Positions 33,109 through 42,329 of a stretch of DNA of 64,000 nucleotides are shown piece after piece. The stretch covers positions 75,938 to 139,937 of the forward strand of contig CAAEVK010000012.1 of assembly GCA_900759475.1 (NCBI GenBank), written 5' to 3'. How positions within the stretch are numbered: the first letter of the stretch is position 1; each line of letters opens with the position of its first letter. Below the pieces are notes generated by a model. It was not told where the DNA came from. It did not search any database and was given only the letters and a program-made list of their open reading frames with translations. This stretch comes from Clostridia bacterium (GTDB lineage: Bacteria; Bacillota; Clostridia; TANB77; CAG-508). The translations under genes and the position numbers were made by a program.

Positions 33109-35064
33109 TTATATTTTTTCTTTTATGATTCCCTCTTTATAAGCCGTTAACAACATTTTTAAATCCGCAATTTCTCCTTTAATTCTTGTTCCTATATCTG
33201 TATCAGCTACCAATTTTCGGTTTTTTACTTCCTCTTTTAACCTTATTTGTGATTTAATGTCAATATTTCCATTATTTTTATCCAAATCTTCCACTCTTTG
33301 TATTTCAGAAAGCAATAGTCCGTAAGAATTATAGGTTAAAATGTGCCTTGTTGTCATTGTTTTATTTTTATATTTTTTTGTTAACCCTCCATTAATAACA
33401 ATTAATTTTCCATTTGCCTTAATAGGATTTTGTTTCTTTATATTCGTAGCAACATGTCCATTAATAATTTTTGCCTCTGCATTTTGAATACCAAATTCCT
33501 TTAGAATTTGATTGCAAGTATTTTCCTCTTCAATCCATTGGTAATATGGATTTTCTTTTTCTATATGTGTCTGTTCTTCTTCAATAAAATATCTTTCAAA
33601 CATAGTAGCTTTATTTTTTCCAAATAGTGGTGATTTTTCCCAACACCATAAAAACCACATTGCATCAACTTCTGTTTCATTTGATTTTTCTTTGTCTTGT
33701 AGCTTATATGCTCTATGAACTATTTGTTCTATATAATCAAATAATTCTTTTCCTTTTAGTTTTTTACCCATCCATTCTACTTTTTCTAAATTTCCATCTT
33801 CTGTCATAGGAATGCATCCATGGAATAAAAGATTCGAATTATAAATAGAATACATTCCTCCTTTATTATATAAAATATTAATATGTTCTGCTAATCTTCT
33901 GCTTTGCATAAAAGATGTCTTTAATTTGCTAATCATTTGTAATTCTTCTTTTGTTAATTCATATGGATTTTCTGGATTAATAGTTGGAAAATTATTATCT
34001 TTTAATTTATAAACATTTCCTTCTATTTCTATTGTTCCATTTTTATAATCTATTTTATCCAACAAAAGTCTATCTTCCATATGATATTCTGGATGCTTTG
34101 TTATTAAAAGTCCTTCTAATTTTAATGCTATTATTGTAATTGCCTTATGGATTTTGGAAATAGACATTTTATCACTATTTGTATAATCTTCATATTCATA
34201 TTGTGTAGGCAAAAATTCTCTTGCTTCATCATTGGCATATGTGCTTACAGCAAATGCAGATAACTCTCTTAAATTAATTCCATATCCTTCTTCAATTGTG
34301 TCTAAATTATCGTATCTTAAGCATATTCTAATTACATTAGCAATGCAAGCCTCATTACCACAAAATGCCCCCATCCATAATATATCGTGATTGCCCCATT
34401 GAATGTCGAAACTATGAAACTTTGCCAAATCATCCATAATTAATTCTGGTTTTAATCCTCTATCATAAATATCTCCTAAGATGTGTAAATGATCTACTGC
34501 CATTCTCCTTATTAAGTTGGATAAAGCAATAATAAATGCATCTGCTCTTTTAATTTCTATAATACTTGAAATAATTTTTTTATAATATCTATCTTTATTT
34601 TTGGCATCTCCTTCAATACTTAAAAGTTCTTCAATAATATAGTCAAATCCAGTAGGCAAAGCTTTTCTTACCTTTGACCTAGTATATTTAGAAGTAATAT
34701 TTTTGCATACTTCAATTAATCTGTACAAAGTAATTTGATACCATTCTTCTATGTCTTCTTTTTCCTGTTTAATTTTTTCCAGTTCTCTTTCAGGATAATA
34801 AATTAGGTCAGCTAATTGTTTTCTTTCAAGTTGTCCAATAGTATTTCCAAAAATAAAGTTTATCTTGTCTTGAATAATTCCTGCTCCGCTATTTAAAATA
34901 TTACGAAACGAATCATATTCCCCATGCAAATCACTTAAAAACAGTTCTGTTCCTTTTGGTAAATTTAAAATTGCTTGTAAATTAATAATTTCCTCTGAAA
35001 CTTCTTCTATATTTTTATACTCTTTACTTAAAAGTTTTAAATATTTTTTTATTCCATAATCCAT
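33109..35064 (-). CDS. fbp: fructose-1,6-bisphosphatase class 3
   Basis: 651 aa. Metallophosphoesterase motifs (LHILGDIYDRG, GNHD) typical of Firmicute class III FBPase. Confidence 0.85.
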   Translation of the reverse strand: MDYGIKKYLKLLSKEYKNIEEVSEEIINLQAILNLPKGTELFLSDLHGEYDSFRNILNSGAGIIQDKINFIFGNTIGQLERKQLADLIYYPERELEKIKQEKEDIEEWYQITLYRLIEVCKNITSKYTRSKVRKALPTGFDYIIEELLSIEGDAKNKDRYYKKIISSIIEIKRADAFIIALSNLIRRMAVDHLHILGDIYDRGLKPELIMDDLAKFHSFDIQWGNHDILWMGAFCGNEACIANVIRICLRYDNLDTIEEGYGINLRELSAFAVSTYANDEAREFLPTQYEYEDYTNSDKMSISKIHKAITIIALKLEGLLITKHPEYHMEDRLLLDKIDYKNGTIEIEGNVYKLKDNNFPTINPENPYELTKEELQMISKLKTSFMQSRRLAEHINILYNKGGMYSIYNSNLLFHGCIPMTEDGNLEKVEWMGKKLKGKELFDYIEQIVHRAYKLQDKEKSNETEVDAMWFLWCWEKSPLFGKNKATMFERYFIEEEQTHIEKENPYYQWIEEENTCNQILKEFGIQNAEAKIINGHVATNIKKQNPIKANGKLIVINGGLTKKYKNKTMTTRHILTYNSYGLLLSEIQRVEDLDKNNGNIDIKSQIRLKEEVKNRKLVADTDIGTRIKGEIADLKMLLTAYKEGIIKEKI

Positions 35065-35208
35065 GTTTTTTCTTCCCCTCTATTAATTTTGATTATTATA
35101 TATCTTTCTTTTTAAAAAATCAAATAGGAGTTTGTTGGTATAATTTTATGTATATTTATTCACATTTTGGAAAATATAATCTTAAATTCATTTTATTGGA
35201 GGTTTTTT

Positions 35209-35421
35209 ATGGCTACTGAAAAACATTTAAGATTAACTGGTTCTTCTGAAATTTCATGGAAAGACGCTGTTAACCAAACAATTGCTGAAGCTTCAAAAAC
35301 AATTGACTATTTAACTAAAGTTACCATTTTAGAACAAACTGCAAAAATTTCTGGTAAAAAAATGGTTGAATACTATGTAGAACTTGACTTGTGCTTTACA
35401 ATTGATTCCGATAGAGATTAG
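35209..35421 (+). CDS. dodecin-family protein
   Basis: Start MATEKHL has a GGAGG SD 7 nt upstream. The upstream ATG at 35167 lacks an SD. Small flavin-binding dodecin-like pattern. Confidence 0.55.
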   Translation: MATEKHLRLTGSSEISWKDAVNQTIAEASKTIDYLTKVTILEQTAKISGKKMVEYYVELDLCFTIDSDRD

Positions 35422-35432
35422 GAGGTTTTTTT

Positions 35433-35882
35433 ATGAATCCTTTAGAAACAAAAAAAGACTATCAAAATTATGTAGACAAAAAGTCACCCAATTCTCCTAT
35501 AGGAAAGAATTGTTTCAATGCCTTTTGGGTTGGTGGACTTATTTGTGTTGTTGGGCAATTAATATGGGAAGCATGTAAAATGCATGGATTGGAGCAGCAA
35601 ACTTGTACTACTATTGTTTCCATTATTTTAATATTTATTAGTGCCTTTTTAACAGCATTAAATATATTTAATAAAATTGGAAAGTTTGCTGGTGCAGGTT
35701 CATTAGTTCCTATTACTGGATTTGCTAACTCTATTGTTTCTCCTGCTATGGAATATAAATCAGAAGGATATGTAATGGGAGTTGGTGGGAAAATGTTTAC
35801 TGTTGCAGGACCAGTATTAGTTTTTGGTATTTCCGCTTCCATTGTTGTTGGCATTGTTTATGCAATTTTAAATGGATGTTAA
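35433..35882 (+). CDS. spoVAC: stage V sporulation protein AC
   Basis: 149 aa. SpoVAC pattern (FWVGGLICVVGQ) and four TM segments. Confidence 0.8.
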   Translation: MNPLETKKDYQNYVDKKSPNSPIGKNCFNAFWVGGLICVVGQLIWEACKMHGLEQQTCTTIVSIILIFISAFLTALNIFNKIGKFAGAGSLVPITGFANSIVSPAMEYKSEGYVMGVGGKMFTVAGPVLVFGISASIVVGIVYAILNGC

Positions 35883-35913
35883 AAATATTAAATTTTTATG
35901 AAAGGATAATAAT

Positions 35914-36918
35914 ATGAAAAAAATAGGAAAACATACAATTAAATTTGATACACCTCCCACCATATTAGAAACTGCATGTATTGTTGGACCTAAAGAAGCA
36001 GATGGACCTTTAGCAAAATATTTTGACAAATGTTTAGATGATGAATTCTGGGGAGAAGATTCTTGGGAAAAAGCAGAAAGTAAAATTATAAAAGAAACTG
36101 TTAATACAGCTATTTCAAAATCCAAACTTGCTACTTCGGAAATTGATTATTGTTTTGCTGGTGATTTACTAAATCAATGTATTTCTTCTGGTTTTGGTCT
36201 TCGCGATGTAAACATTCCATTTTTTGGTATATTTGGAGCCTGTTCTACTTTTGTAGAAGGTCTTAGTTTAGCCTCTATTTTTACAGAAGGTCACTTTGCT
36301 ACTAATTGTTTATGTGCTACTTCTAGCCATTTTTGTAGTGCTGAAAAGCAATTTCGATTTCCTTTAGAACTTGGAAACCAAAGACCCCTTTCTTCTCAAT
36401 GGACAGTTACAGGTTCAGGAGCAGCCATTGTTTCTGCTAATGGACAAGGACCTTTTGTTACTACAATTACTCCTGGAAAGATTGTTGATATGGGAATTAA
36501 AGATGCTAATAATATGGGGGCTGCAATGGCACCTGCTGCATTAGATACATTATTAACCCATTTTGAGGATACAAAAAGAAATCCTAGCTATTATGACGGA
36601 ATATTTACTGGGGATTTGGGGCATGTTGGAAAAGAAATTTTAATTGAATTAGCTGAAAAAAGAGGATTTCATATTAAATCTAATTATAATGATTGCGGTG
36701 TTATGATTTTTGATAAAAGTTCTCAAGATACTCATTCTGGTGGAAGTGGTTGTGCTTGCTGCGGTAGTGTATTTTCTGGCTATTTATTTAACCAATTAAA
36801 ACAAAAAAAATTAAAGAAAATATTATTAATTGCAACAGGAGCTTTAATGAACTCTACCTCTTCTCAACAAGGTGAATCTATCCCAAGTATTGCACACGCA
36901 GTATCAATAGAAATTTAA
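35914..36918 (+). CDS. spoVAD: stage V sporulation protein AD
   Basis: 334 aa. Thiolase-like SpoVAD N-terminus (PPTILETACIVGPKEADGPL). Confidence 0.85.
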   Translation: MKKIGKHTIKFDTPPTILETACIVGPKEADGPLAKYFDKCLDDEFWGEDSWEKAESKIIKETVNTAISKSKLATSEIDYCFAGDLLNQCISSGFGLRDVNIPFFGIFGACSTFVEGLSLASIFTEGHFATNCLCATSSHFCSAEKQFRFPLELGNQRPLSSQWTVTGSGAAIVSANGQGPFVTTITPGKIVDMGIKDANNMGAAMAPAALDTLLTHFEDTKRNPSYYDGIFTGDLGHVGKEILIELAEKRGFHIKSNYNDCGVMIFDKSSQDTHSGGSGCACCGSVFSGYLFNQLKQKKLKKILLIATGALMNSTSSQQGESIPSIAHAVSIEI

Positions 36919-36961
36919 ATTCTATTAAATAAATTGCATTTATAGAAAGGAAAAAACTTTT

Positions 36962-37353
36962 ATGCAAGATTTTATTAATAATTTAGATTGGTTTATGTTG
37001 TTAAAAGCCTTTGTAATAGGGGGAATAATTTGTATTATTGGTCAAATTCTAATAGATAAAACCAAATTAACTCCAGCTAGAATTCTTGTTATATTTGTAA
37101 CCACTGGGGCTATATTAGGTGGTTTAGGTATTTATAAATATTTAGTAGACTTTGCTGGTGCAGGTGCTACTGTCCCTTTAACTGGTTTTGGAAACGCTTT
37201 AGCCAAAGGAGCTATTGAAGGTGTTCAAAAAGAAGGTCTAATTGGTATTTTTACAGGTGGAGTAAAAGCTGCTGCCCGGTGGAATAGCAGCTGCTATTTT
37301 CTTCCGGATATCTAGCGGCATTAGTATCAAAGCCTAAAATAAAAAAACAATAA
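36962..37353 (+). CDS. spoVAEB: stage V sporulation protein AEb, frame broken by two extra C (37277 and 37305)
   Basis: SpoVAE pattern (GGIICIIGQIL, FAGAGATVPLTGFG). GCC-C-GGT and TTC-C-GGA create the shifts. Removing both gives ...AAAGGIAAAIFFGYLAALVSKPKIKKQ with the stop at 37353. Confidence 0.7.
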
Positions 37354-37370
37354 ACCATTTCGTTGTTAAA

Positions 37371-37416
37371 AAAGTCCTAAAGAGTAACAGTATTGTTATT
37401 CTTTAGGACTTTTTTA
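37371..37416. terminator. bidirectional terminator between spoVA and rplT
   Basis: agtcctaaaga ... tctttaggact followed by TTTTTT. Confidence 0.65.
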
Positions 37417-37479
37417 AAGTTTTTAACCCATTTGCAAAGCATTTGTCATTCCTTGATTTGTTATTTTGTTCCTTCTATA

Positions 37480-37839
37480 TTATGCTTTTTTTGCAACTTC
37501 TGCAATTTCTGTAAATGCTTTTGGATCACTAATTGCTATTTCAGCTAGCATTTTTCTATTAATCATTACATTTGCTTTTTTTAGTCCAGCAATTAATTTG
37601 CTATAAGTTAATCCATTCATTCTTGCTGCTGCATTAATTCTTGTAATCCATAGTTTTCTAAAATTAGATTTTTTATCTTTTCTTCCAATATATGCATACA
37701 TTCCAGATTTCATAACAGCTTGATTAGCCATTCTAAATCTATAATGTTTTGCTCCATAATATCCTTTTGCTTGTTTTAATATTTTTTTATGTCTTGCTCT
37801 TGTTGTTCTTGCTGTTTTTACTCTTGCCATTTTACTCAC
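37480..37839 (-). CDS. rplT: 50S ribosomal protein L20
   Basis: 119 aa, strongly conserved. Confidence 0.95.
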   Translation of the reverse strand: MSKMARVKTARTTRARHKKILKQAKGYYGAKHYRFRMANQAVMKSGMYAYIGRKDKKSNFRKLWITRINAAARMNGLTYSKLIAGLKKANVMINRKMLAEIAISDPKAFTEIAEVAKKA

Positions 37840-37868
37840 CTTCCTTAAATTTTAGACTTTTTAAATTT

Positions 37869-38069
37869 TTATCCATATGGTAATAACTTTTTAATTCCTG
37901 CTTCACAAGTTTTATCTGCATATGCGTCTTGGATTTTTCCTCTTGATTTTGCTCTTGCTGTTTTATTTCCTAATAAATGTCTTCTATTTGCTTTTGTCCT
38001 TTTTACTTTTCCTGTAGCTGTATAACTATATCTTTTTTTAGCTGCTTTATTTGTTTTTAATTTAGGCAT
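37869..38069 (-). CDS. rpmI: 50S ribosomal protein L35
   Basis: 66 aa, conserved. Confidence 0.9.
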   Translation of the reverse strand: MPKLKTNKAAKKRYSYTATGKVKRTKANRRHLLGNKTARAKSRGKIQDAYADKTCEAGIKKLLPYG

Positions 38070-38090
38070 AATAAATCCTCCTTTTCTATC

Positions 38091-38621
38091 TTACTTATCA
38101 TTTTTCTTTGATAATATAATAAACATATTTTTGCCTTCTAATAAAGGCTTTTTTTCTACAACTGCAATATCTGAAAGTTCTTCTACAAATTGATTTAACG
38201 TATTTTCCCCTAATTTTACATAATTTAATTCTCTTCCCCTAAAACGAACTGTAATTTTAACTTTATTTCCATCTTCTAAAAATCTTCTAGCATTTTTTGC
38301 TTTAAAGCCAAAATCATGTCCTTCAATATTAGGAGTTACTCTTAATTCTTTTGTTTCAACTATTCTCTGATTTTTTCTTGCTTCCTTTTCCTTTTTTGCT
38401 TGCTCAAATTTATATTTTCCATAATTCATAATTTTACAAACTGGTGGATTTCCAGTTGGAGCAACTAAAACTAAATCTAAATCTTTTTCTTCTGCGACAT
38501 GGATTGCATCATAAATTTTCATGACACCCAATTTTTTTCCTACCTCATCAATTACTTGAACTTCTTTTTCTTTAATTTGTCCATTAATTGGTAATTCTTG
38601 TTTTATACAAAACACCTCCAT
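38091..38621 (-). CDS. infC: translation initiation factor IF-3
   Basis: IF3 N- and C-terminal domains. The ATG at 38621 has no SD. A GGAGGTG SD sits 6 nt before an in-frame ATA at 38606, so a non-AUG start is likely. Confidence 0.85.
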   Translation of the reverse strand: MEVFCIKQELPINGQIKEKEVQVIDEVGKKLGVMKIYDAIHVAEEKDLDLVLVAPTGNPPVCKIMNYGKYKFEQAKKEKEARKNQRIVETKELRVTPNIEGHDFGFKAKNARRFLEDGNKVKITVRFRGRELNYVKLGENTLNQFVEELSDIAVVEKKPLLEGKNMFIILSKKNDK

Positions 38622-39020
38622 TGATTTGGAATTTAAAATTTAGACCATTCCTTTTCTAAATTTTTTCCTTTTTTTCGTATTTTAAATGAAAAAAAACTTT
38701 CTTTATAAAGAAAGTTAATCATTCTACAAAAATAAAAGGTTTAAAAAAACTATTTACTTTTCTAACCTTTTTCCTGTTAAGATAAGGTGAGAAGCGAATG
38801 ACTTCTTCTTTAAAACATATTTATATTACTCTTTTTTTAGAAAATTGTCAATAGTTTTTTTAAAAAATGTTGACTTTTTTGCATTTTTGTATTAGAATAA
38901 TTAAGCATTCTATGAATATTGCTTTTTTAAAATTGCTTCTCCCCGGTAGCATTTTAAAAAAAGCTTAATATTAAATATATTTAAATTTTATAAAATAATG
39001 AATGGAGGGTAAATTTTACC

Positions 39021-39455
39021 ATGAATAATACAACTTATAGTGCTAAAAAAAGCGAAATTGAAAGAAAATGGTATATTATTGATGCAAGTAATAAACCACT
39101 TGGAAGAGTTGCTACTGAAGCAGCTAAACTATTAAAAGGAAAACACAAACCAACATATACACCAAATATAGACACTGGTGACCATGTTATTATATTAAAT
39201 TGTAAAGATGCAGTTTTAACAGGAAAAAAATTAGATCAAAAAGTATATAGACATCATTCAGGCTACATAGGTGGTATGAGAGAAATATCTGCTAGAGACA
39301 TGATGAATAATTCTCCTGAAAAAGCAATGATGTTAGCAATTAAAGGAATGCTTCCTAAAAATAGTCTAGGAAGACAAATGCTTCGTAAATTAAGAGTATA
39401 CGCAGGTTCTGAACATGAAAATATTGCTCAAAAACCTGAAGTTTGGAATTTTTAG
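39021..39455 (+). CDS. rplM: 50S ribosomal protein L13
   Basis: 144 aa, conserved. Confidence 0.95.
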   Translation: MNNTTYSAKKSEIERKWYIIDASNKPLGRVATEAAKLLKGKHKPTYTPNIDTGDHVIILNCKDAVLTGKKLDQKVYRHHSGYIGGMREISARDMMNNSPEKAMMLAIKGMLPKNSLGRQMLRKLRVYAGSEHENIAQKPEVWNF

Positions 39456-39473
39456 GAAAGTGAGGAATGAAAA

Positions 39474-39890
39474 ATGGCAAGAGTAGCAAAATCTAAAACA
39501 GAAAAAGTTATGTTCTACGGAACAGGAAGAAGAAAAAAAGCAATTGCTAGAGTAAGAATTACAGAAGGAACAGGAAATATTACTGTTAATGGAAAAAATA
39601 TAAACGAATATTTTGGAACAGATATATTAAAAGTGACTGTAAAACAACCTCTTACAGCAACAAATACATTAGATAAATATGATGTTATTTGTAAAGTAAC
39701 TGGTGGCGGTTTTACTGGGCAAGCAGGAGCTATCCGTCATGGATTATCAAGAGCTTTATTAAAAGCAAACAGTGAATACAAGCCAACATTAAAACAAAAC
39801 AAATTCTTAACAAGGGATCCTCGTATGAAAGAAAGGAAAAAATACGGTCTTAAAAAAGCTCGTAAAGCTCCTCAATTTAGTAAAAGATAA
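39474..39890 (+). CDS. rpsI: 30S ribosomal protein S9
   Basis: 138 aa, conserved. C-terminus ends in ...KR. Confidence 0.95.
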   Translation: MARVAKSKTEKVMFYGTGRRKKAIARVRITEGTGNITVNGKNINEYFGTDILKVTVKQPLTATNTLDKYDVICKVTGGGFTGQAGAIRHGLSRALLKANSEYKPTLKQNKFLTRDPRMKERKKYGLKKARKAPQFSKR

Positions 39891-39910
39891 TATTCTTTTT
39901 ATTAAAAACT

Positions 39911-39950
39911 TAAAAGCCTCAGAAGTAATAATACTTTTAAGGCTTTTATT
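39911..39950 (+). terminator. rplM-rpsI terminator
   Basis: aaaagcctc...aaggctttt hairpin followed by a T-run. Confidence 0.55.
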
Positions 39951-39987
39951 GATGAGAGTCTTATTTTTTTTATTTAGATAATATTAA

Positions 39988-40020
39988 AAACACACAGATA
40001 AAAATAAAACCTGTGTGCTT
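39988..40020 (-). terminator. hup terminator
   Basis: cacacag...ctgtgtg hairpin. Confidence 0.5.
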
Positions 40021-40046
40021 ATGAATTCATACAATTTATCATAAAT

Positions 40047-40325
40047 TTATTTTTTGTTTACTAAATCTTTTAATGCTTTACCAGCTTTGAATACTGGAGC
40101 TTTTGATGCAGGTATTTTGATTTCTTCTTTAGTTTGTGGGTTTCTTCCTTTTCTAGCTGCTCTTTTTCTTACTTCAAAAGAACCAAATCCAACAAGTTGA
40201 ACTTTGTCTCCTTTTACTAATGCTCCAGTAACAGTTTCAACAAAAGCATTAACTGTTGCTTCTGCATTCTTTTTTGTGTTTCCTGTTTTTGCAGCTATTG
40301 CCGCAATTAAATCAGCTTTGTTCAT
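40047..40325 (-). CDS. hup: DNA-binding protein HU
   Basis: 92 aa. Conserved HU fold ([20 protein letters not shown]). Confidence 0.95.
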   Translation of the reverse strand: MNKADLIAAIAAKTGNTKKNAEATVNAFVETVTGALVKGDKVQLVGFGSFEVRKRAARKGRNPQTKEEIKIPASKAPVFKAGKALKDLVNKK

Positions 40326-40486
40326 TTAAATTACCTCCTATAAGATTTTGTATTTTTATGTAGATTTTTATCTACAATTACATATTCGCCAAATTTAGCT
40401 AAATTCCTTCTTTTTTTCTTATATTTTTCTCGAAAGTTATTTGTTCCGTAGGTTTCCATGACATTATTTTCCTTGAAAGCCTGATT

Positions 40487-42145
40487 TTAAGCCTTTTTGT
40501 AAATTCCTAATTTGTAAAACATTTTGTAGAGTTTTTCTCCACAAGGTAACATATACACTTCCTCTTTTGTAAATACTTTTAAAATAATAAGACATATTCC
40601 ATAAATAACTATTGCTGTCACAATAGACAGTATTGTTGCTATTTTTTGTGCGTTTAGTCCTAATATTATACTAATAGTATTAGGAATACTAGCACCTAAA
40701 TTAATATATACAAACCATGAACATATAACCATTATTATTGTTGCAATTATTGGTTTAATTATACATTTTACATAATTAAAATTTATTTTTATATGTTTAT
40801 TTAAAATAACAAATGAAATCATAAAAGATATTATGTGACATACTACAGAACCAATTATAGCTCCATTTACTCCTATTTCTGGAATTGGAATTAATACAAG
40901 ATTTAAAATTAATTTTGTAAAAGCTCCACAAGCCAATCCTATAATTGGTATCATTACTTTTCCCATTCCTTGTAGAGCACCATTAATTGTTTGTGCTAAC
41001 ATTGTAAATAAAATTGTTAGAGAACTAATTTTTAAAACAGTTGCACCTTCTGCAGCATTAGGAAATAATAAATTTAATATTGGTTCTGCAAACATAAACA
41101 TTCCTACAGTACATGGCAATCCTATTAGTATTGTTAACAATAAGGAATAAAATATTTTTTTTTGTGCTGTATAAATATCCTTTTTAGCAATTGCTGTTGC
41201 TACTGCTGGAACAAGTGCAACTGCAAAAGCAATATTGAATGATAGTGGTAATGAAGTTAGTGTATCTACTTTTCCTCCTAAAATACCATATTGTATTTTT
41301 GCTTCTGCTCCTGTAAGAAATGTTTCTAAACCTCTTACCACTGTAAAAGCATCTATATTTTTATTAACTACTGATAACATAGAACTTAATGAAATTGGTA
41401 TTGCTACCAGCATAGTTTTTCTAATAATTGTTTTTATTCTTTCATTTTTTGTGTTAACAGAAGAATTTACATCTTGCCATACTTCTTTTCTTCTTTCTTT
41501 ATAGTATAAGTGCAAATAAGCAAAGCCTAAAAATGTTGCACAAGTAGTTGCTAAATTTGCTCCTGCTGCCATTAATGTAGTATTGGAACTAGAAAAAGTT
41601 GCAATTATTTCTACAAAAATAATTGTTAATAAAGATTTAAATACTTGTTCTAGTGTTTGCGATTTTGCAGAAGTACTCATTTGCCCTCTACCATTAAAAT
41701 ACCCTCTTATAGCAGATGTAATAGCAACAAAAAATATAGATGGAGATAAAGCTACTAATGTCAATTCTGCTTCTGGTATTCTAAGAAAAGTATTAGCAAT
41801 GTAATTAGCTCCAAAAAATAAAATGCATGTTCCACAAGTTCCAATCAAAGTAAATGTAACAAAAGCAACTTTAAATATTCTATGTGCTCCCTTATTGTCC
41901 CCTATTGCTAATCTTTCAGAAACTAGTTTGGATATTGCATTTGGCACACCTATAGATGATAAAGTAAGTAATAGCGCATATATTTGAAATCCGCTACTAT
42001 AAATAGCATTTCCTTCATCCCCAAATCCTTCTTTGTTGGTTAAATATAACTTATATACTAGACCTAATATTTTTATAATGACTTGTGAAAACATAATGGC
42101 AATAATGCCATGTATAAAGCTTTCTTTTTTTGCTTTTTTTCCCAT
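40487..42145 (-). CDS. SpoVB/MurJ-family polysaccharide flippase (Wzx-like)
   Basis: 552 aa, about 14 TM segments. N-terminal pattern G..Y...F......L...G.P.AISKLV.E as in SpoVB. Confidence 0.65.
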   Translation of the reverse strand: MGKKAKKESFIHGIIAIMFSQVIIKILGLVYKLYLTNKEGFGDEGNAIYSSGFQIYALLLTLSSIGVPNAISKLVSERLAIGDNKGAHRIFKVAFVTFTLIGTCGTCILFFGANYIANTFLRIPEAELTLVALSPSIFFVAITSAIRGYFNGRGQMSTSAKSQTLEQVFKSLLTIIFVEIIATFSSSNTTLMAAGANLATTCATFLGFAYLHLYYKERRKEVWQDVNSSVNTKNERIKTIIRKTMLVAIPISLSSMLSVVNKNIDAFTVVRGLETFLTGAEAKIQYGILGGKVDTLTSLPLSFNIAFAVALVPAVATAIAKKDIYTAQKKIFYSLLLTILIGLPCTVGMFMFAEPILNLLFPNAAEGATVLKISSLTILFTMLAQTINGALQGMGKVMIPIIGLACGAFTKLILNLVLIPIPEIGVNGAIIGSVVCHIISFMISFVILNKHIKINFNYVKCIIKPIIATIIMVICSWFVYINLGASIPNTISIILGLNAQKIATILSIVTAIVIYGICLIILKVFTKEEVYMLPCGEKLYKMFYKLGIYKKA

Positions 42146-42329
42146 TTAAGCACTTCCTTATTTTTACTATTATTTAATTATATTCATATTTCTATTTTTA
42201 TTCAAGTATTTTTATCCATAGTTTAATTATAATATAAATTGGAGTTACAAACTCCAATTTTTCACTATAAATTTATCAAAAAACCTTGTTTTTTTATCGT
42301 TTTTATAGGATAATATATATGTATATTAA

